A DNA stretch of 64,000 nt from Macrostomum lignano (lineage: Eukaryota). The stretch lies in the NCBI GenBank assembly GCA_002269645.1, contig NIVC01002553.1, forward strand, positions 62,001 to 126,000. The letters run 5' to 3'. The position numbers and the translations under genes are program-made. The notes beneath the pieces were generated by a model. The model was not told the origin of the DNA. It did not search any database and worked only from the letters and a program-made list of their open reading frames with translations. Below, in pieces: positions 59,880-64,000 of this stretch (its first letter is position 1; the number at the start of each line of letters is the position of its first letter).

Positions 59880-60325
59880 GAATACAGCTGATTCACTTTT
59901 ACAAGACGACACCAGAGCAAAGTGTCGTTCGAAATGCACTCATGGTGCCTTAACAGCCAAGATTCAGTGCGTTTAATACATGTAGATATAAATATACATC
60001 GAATGCCGAAGCGTAAAAAACGGAAGCGATGCTGGCTTATCTCGATTGTTTAAGCCATACGAAATACATGTATTTATAGTAAGCTGAGCAAGCAGTTATT
60101 TAAAAAATCTAATGCTCATTTCAAGCTCCAGCACCCAGCGCGAATGAAATAGCCTGCCAGCTGGAGTCGCCGATGGCGCAACAGGTCCGCTTGGACGTTC
60201 TTGACTGAGCTCGTCGCTGATATTGAAGGCGGTGGCCGCGGGTACAGGGGCAGAGCAGCTCAGCGGTAAACGCGCCCGACTCTTGCGCCACGGCATTCAT
60301 TTGGGGCAATTGTGCCGGGGGGGGG

Positions 60326-60562
60326 GGGTCACAAACCCGAAAAATTACAAACTCCGAAAAGAGCTTTCTATCATAAACCTGAAATATCATAACTCAGAAA
60401 ATAATAAGAGGACCCCTCATAAACCCGAAATATCATAAACCCGAAATATCATAACTCCGAAAGTTCTAGCCATGTCCAACACTATTTTGATTTCCGGAGT
60501 TGTGATATTTCGGGTTTGTGATATTTCGGGTTTGTGATATTTCGGGTTTATGATGGCGACCC
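60326..60562. mobile_element. MITE-like element with inverted subterminal 17-bp repeats
   Basis: Left GGGTC..AAACCCGAAATATCAT repeats; right (GTGATATTTCGGGTTT)x3..GACCC. Confidence 0.65.
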
Positions 60563-62004
60563 ATCTGATTATAACATATTATCGAGTATTTGTTGTCTGA
60601 CAGACCGTCGGAGCTAAGGAAGGTTTCGAATATCCGTGCGATTTCATTTACTCTTTTCAATTTCAAATTAATAGCTGAGTCAGCTGCCAACATTGATGGG
60701 GACCCTTTTGGAGCAAATATATCGCTGAGAATAGCTACCGGTATATGGTAATTACTTATAATGATATAAAAATTGAGTTCTCATTAAGTATGTGCACTCG
60801 GAGGTTTCATCAAAGAGTAATTGTGCCATCCTAATTGCTTCTTTTGGCATTATGCAGCGCAGACTACACCAGACTATACCAGTTAAAATTCTTTGTCCCA
60901 GAGAAATTAATCTGATAGTAATACTCGTCCTTAATCCCATAAGTTCTATAAAACGCTCTTTGTCCTGGGCATCGTGCTACACTCCCTAACCCAGTCCCCC
61001 CTCTCTCTCTCAGCCCTCCTAATCTTTCCCCAAGCTCTGTCCCTCTCCCGCCCCAGAGTGTACAGTCAAGGGTGAACTGGGTGTCTCAGAACCCAAGGCC
61101 ACGCGCGCACCAATGAGAGAGCTTACACGCTCGTTGCTATTTCAAGCCATTTATATATAGCAATTTGTCATATTGCATTCAGTGTTAGCAGATTTAACTT
61201 CGCAGTTGGAGTCAGTCGGTCGGAGAACTGGAGAACCTGTATTAGCCATGCCAAAACTGTAATACATTGGAGAATGGACGCACGGGATCAGCAGATTGAA
61301 GTCGGACTCGAGCATCTTGGAGGCTGAACAAATTGCTGACTACTGCCAACAAGACGACAATGGTCAGACAAAGAGGTTTCCGTTCACTCGTCCTGCTTCT
61401 AATAGCTCTCCTAACTGGTAAATATTCTATTGAAATGCCACAATACTCCAGTTAAACATCGAAATCTAAAGATTTTCAGAATTTATTTCGAGTTCCGCCG
61501 CACTTTACACTACTACAGTAACAGTATGCATATACTTCGAAGTAAGAGTCCACGACATACTACGTGGGCCTGTGCCTGGACAGGGGGGGGTCCCGTAAGC
61601 AGGGCACCTCGCAGCCATAGTACAGTCACCACAGCACAAGCCGTTCTACATCTCATCGCCCAGTAATAACTGCATATACAACCATCAACAGTCAGACAGA
61701 CACAAAGCACCGTTCTTGCCTTCTTTGCGCCGCTTTTTAATATATATGTATATATATATATTAAGTATATATATAACTGTTATTCATGCTGGCTCTGGCT
61801 GTAGGGGTAGACTAAGTGACTGAAGAAAGACCAGCATTAGGGAGGTCTTGACCACTTTCCCCGTGGTCTTTAGCCACTTTGATCTTTCCTGAATCAGTGG
61901 CGTACGCAGAGATTTTTTATTGGAGGGGGCCACCCACAAACCTAATAGGCGCTGATGGTTTTTGTCTTGATTTTGATTGGCGCCTAAATCTCACAGGGTG
62001 GGCG

Positions 62005-63008
62005 CGCCCTGTCTCATGGTGAGCGCCCCCTGTCTCTTCGTGAGCGCCCCCTGTCTCATGGTGAGCGCCCCCTGTCTCTTGGTGAGCGCCCACTGTCTCT
62101 TGGTGAGCGCCTTCTGTCTCTTGGTGAGCGCCCACTGTCTCTTGGTGAGCGCCTTCTGTCTCTTGGTGAGCGCCCCCTGTCTCATGGTGAGCGCCCCCTG
62201 TCTCTTGGTGAGCGCCCCCTGTCTCTTGGTGAGCGCCTTCTGTCTCTTGGTGAGCGCCCCCTGTCTCATGGTGAGCGCCCCCTGTCTCTTGGTGAGCGCC
62301 CCCTGTCTCTTGGTGAGCGCCTTCTGTCTCTTGGTGAGCGCCCCCTGTCTCATGGTGAGCGCCCCCTGTCTCTTGGTGAGCGCCCCCTGTCTCTTGGTGA
62401 GCGCCTTCTGTCTCTTGGTTGGCGCACCCCTGTCTTTTGATGAGCGCCCCCTGTCTCTTGGTGAGCGCCCCCTGTCTCTTCGTAAGCGCCCCTGTCTCTT
62501 GGTGAGCGCCCCCTGTCTCTTCGTAAGCGCCCCTGTCTCTTGGTGAGCGCCCCTGTCTCTTGTTGAGCGCCCCCTGTCTCTTGGTGAGCGCCCCCTGTCT
62601 CTTGGTGAGCGCCCCTGTCTCTTGGTGAGCGCCCCCTGTCTCTTCGTAAGCGCCCCTGTCTCTTGGTGAGCGCCCCCTGTCTCTTCGTAAGCGCCCCTGT
62701 CTCTTGGTGAGCGCCCCTGTCTCTTGTTGAGCGCCCCCTGTCTCTTGGTGAGCGCCCCCTGTCTCTTGGTGAGCGCCCCCTGTCTCTTCGTGAGCGCCTT
62801 CTGTCTCTTGGTGAGCGCCCCCTGTCTCTTGGTGAGCGCCTTCTGTCTCTTGGTGAGCGCCTTCTGTCTCTTGGTGAGCGCCCCCTGTCTCTTGGTGAGC
62901 GCCTCCTGTCTCTTGGTGAGCGCCTTCTGTCTCTTGGTGAGCGCCCCCTGTCTCTTGGTGAGCGCCCCCTGTCTCTTGGTGAGCGCCCCCTGTCTCTTGG
63001 TGAGCGCC
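62005..63008. repeat. 21-bp minisatellite (TGAGCGCCCCCTGTCTCTTGG)
   Basis: About 48 units; source of the GAHQETG ORF. Confidence 0.95.
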
Positions 63009-64000
63009 TAAATCTTCCAGGGTGGGCGCCACGAGTAAGACGACCAGGTATGAAAACTTAAGTTTTTACATATCCTCTGAAAAGATTATTTGTCATTTCT
63101 ATCAACTATGCCATTTGTGACTATCTAATGCACCAATGCTTCTAGAGGGCCGGTGGCAACTCCCTAATAATGATTTAACTCCGTGGTACGAAAGACTCCT
63201 TCGGCCACAAGCCAGCCACTGTTTTGGTTTGGCCGGGCATTGTAAAAAAACTTAGGTAATGACGCATCTCTGTCTGCTGCTCCTTCAATTCAATTCGCAT
63301 GGGAGTTGGCGGGCACAGCTTAAGGGATCGGGGACTTTGTGAGCCTGCAGGGCCTTGGCTGGAGGGGAAGGGGGTGATTTTTTGTTAAACAGTCAGAGCC
63401 ACACACTGCCCCACCTCCCCATGCGTGCTGCTGCCGCTGCGAATCCAATGCGATTTATGCGCTTTATATAACTAATACCTACTGACTTGATGAAGACTGG
63501 AGCCGGAGTGAGTGTACAGCATGTTCGGGGCGCGCGGGTCTTTGTCCCAAATATTCAGCTGCCAGTTCAGCCCACTCCACGCTTAGAAAGGGGCGACCGC
63601 TTCCGCTCTAACCTCCCCCGTCTCGTCTCCCGCATAAAACCAAACAGCGGAACGCCCCCCCCTCTCGGCCCAGTAGTGACTGGGATTTTAGCTCAGGCTG
63701 GGGAAGAGCAGCAGTTGTAAAACTGTATATTCCCAAATTCAAAGCAAAGGAGAGGCCAGACAGAGTGCAGGGGTTGATATAGTGCTGCTGTGCTGTGCGA
63801 GAGTGAAGAGCCGCTGAAACCGCAGAGATAAGGGGTGGAGAGGGCTGGGGGAGGGCGTGCTGGGCCTCCAGCCCCCTGTCAAACCAGTATGACGCATGCA
63901 TTATTCTCTCAAGCCGTTTGCAGTGCCTATTCTTGGGACCGCGGATAGGCTGGGAGCGCACTGACGTCATTTCTCCTTAAAGCGCGCGCGCTTGCCCCGG

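Noticed and set aside
60096-60296. GC-rich coding-like patch
   Set aside because: Short, no recognisable motif or convincing splice sites in any frame.
13-63032. Long repetitive ORFs (for example 682-1293, 8069-8757 part, 10618-11571, 15688-16290, 20234-21398, 32478-33113, 41493-42344, 61917-63032)
   Set aside because: They are stop-free translations of minisatellites, open in several frames and strands, and lie inside introns or spacers defined by phase-consistent splice sites.

Overview
Eukaryotic, metazoan genomic DNA with GT-AG introns. GC-rich exons, poly-Q/poly-A runs and minisatellite-filled introns suggest a Macrostomum-like flatworm (inference). Genes form two convergent co-oriented blocks. 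Plus strand (1-34.2 kb): last exon of ATAD3, a 5-exon BTB-BACK-Kelch gene, 3-exon mitochondrial cysteine desulfurase NFS1, and a multi-exon GPR158/GABA-B-like class C GPCR with no visible ectodomain exons. Minus strand (51.5-40.0 kb): SGF11/ATXN7L3, ecdysoneless (ECD), NUPR1/p8, E2F4/5 and a CHP-like EF-hand protein. Then come a 2.8-kb CpG desert, a chimeric retroelement (Gypsy-like gag/protease with a LINE RT-tail/RNase H segment in place of the capsid region) and a secreted fibrinogen-related gene. About 30 different minisatellites fill introns and spacers and explain most long ORFs in the track. Also present: two tRNA-derived SINE families, foldback/MITE-like elements, a Penelope-like relic and local tandem duplications. 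Exon boundaries were read by eye from GT/AG sites and phase continuity; family calls are from remembered motifs, not searches.
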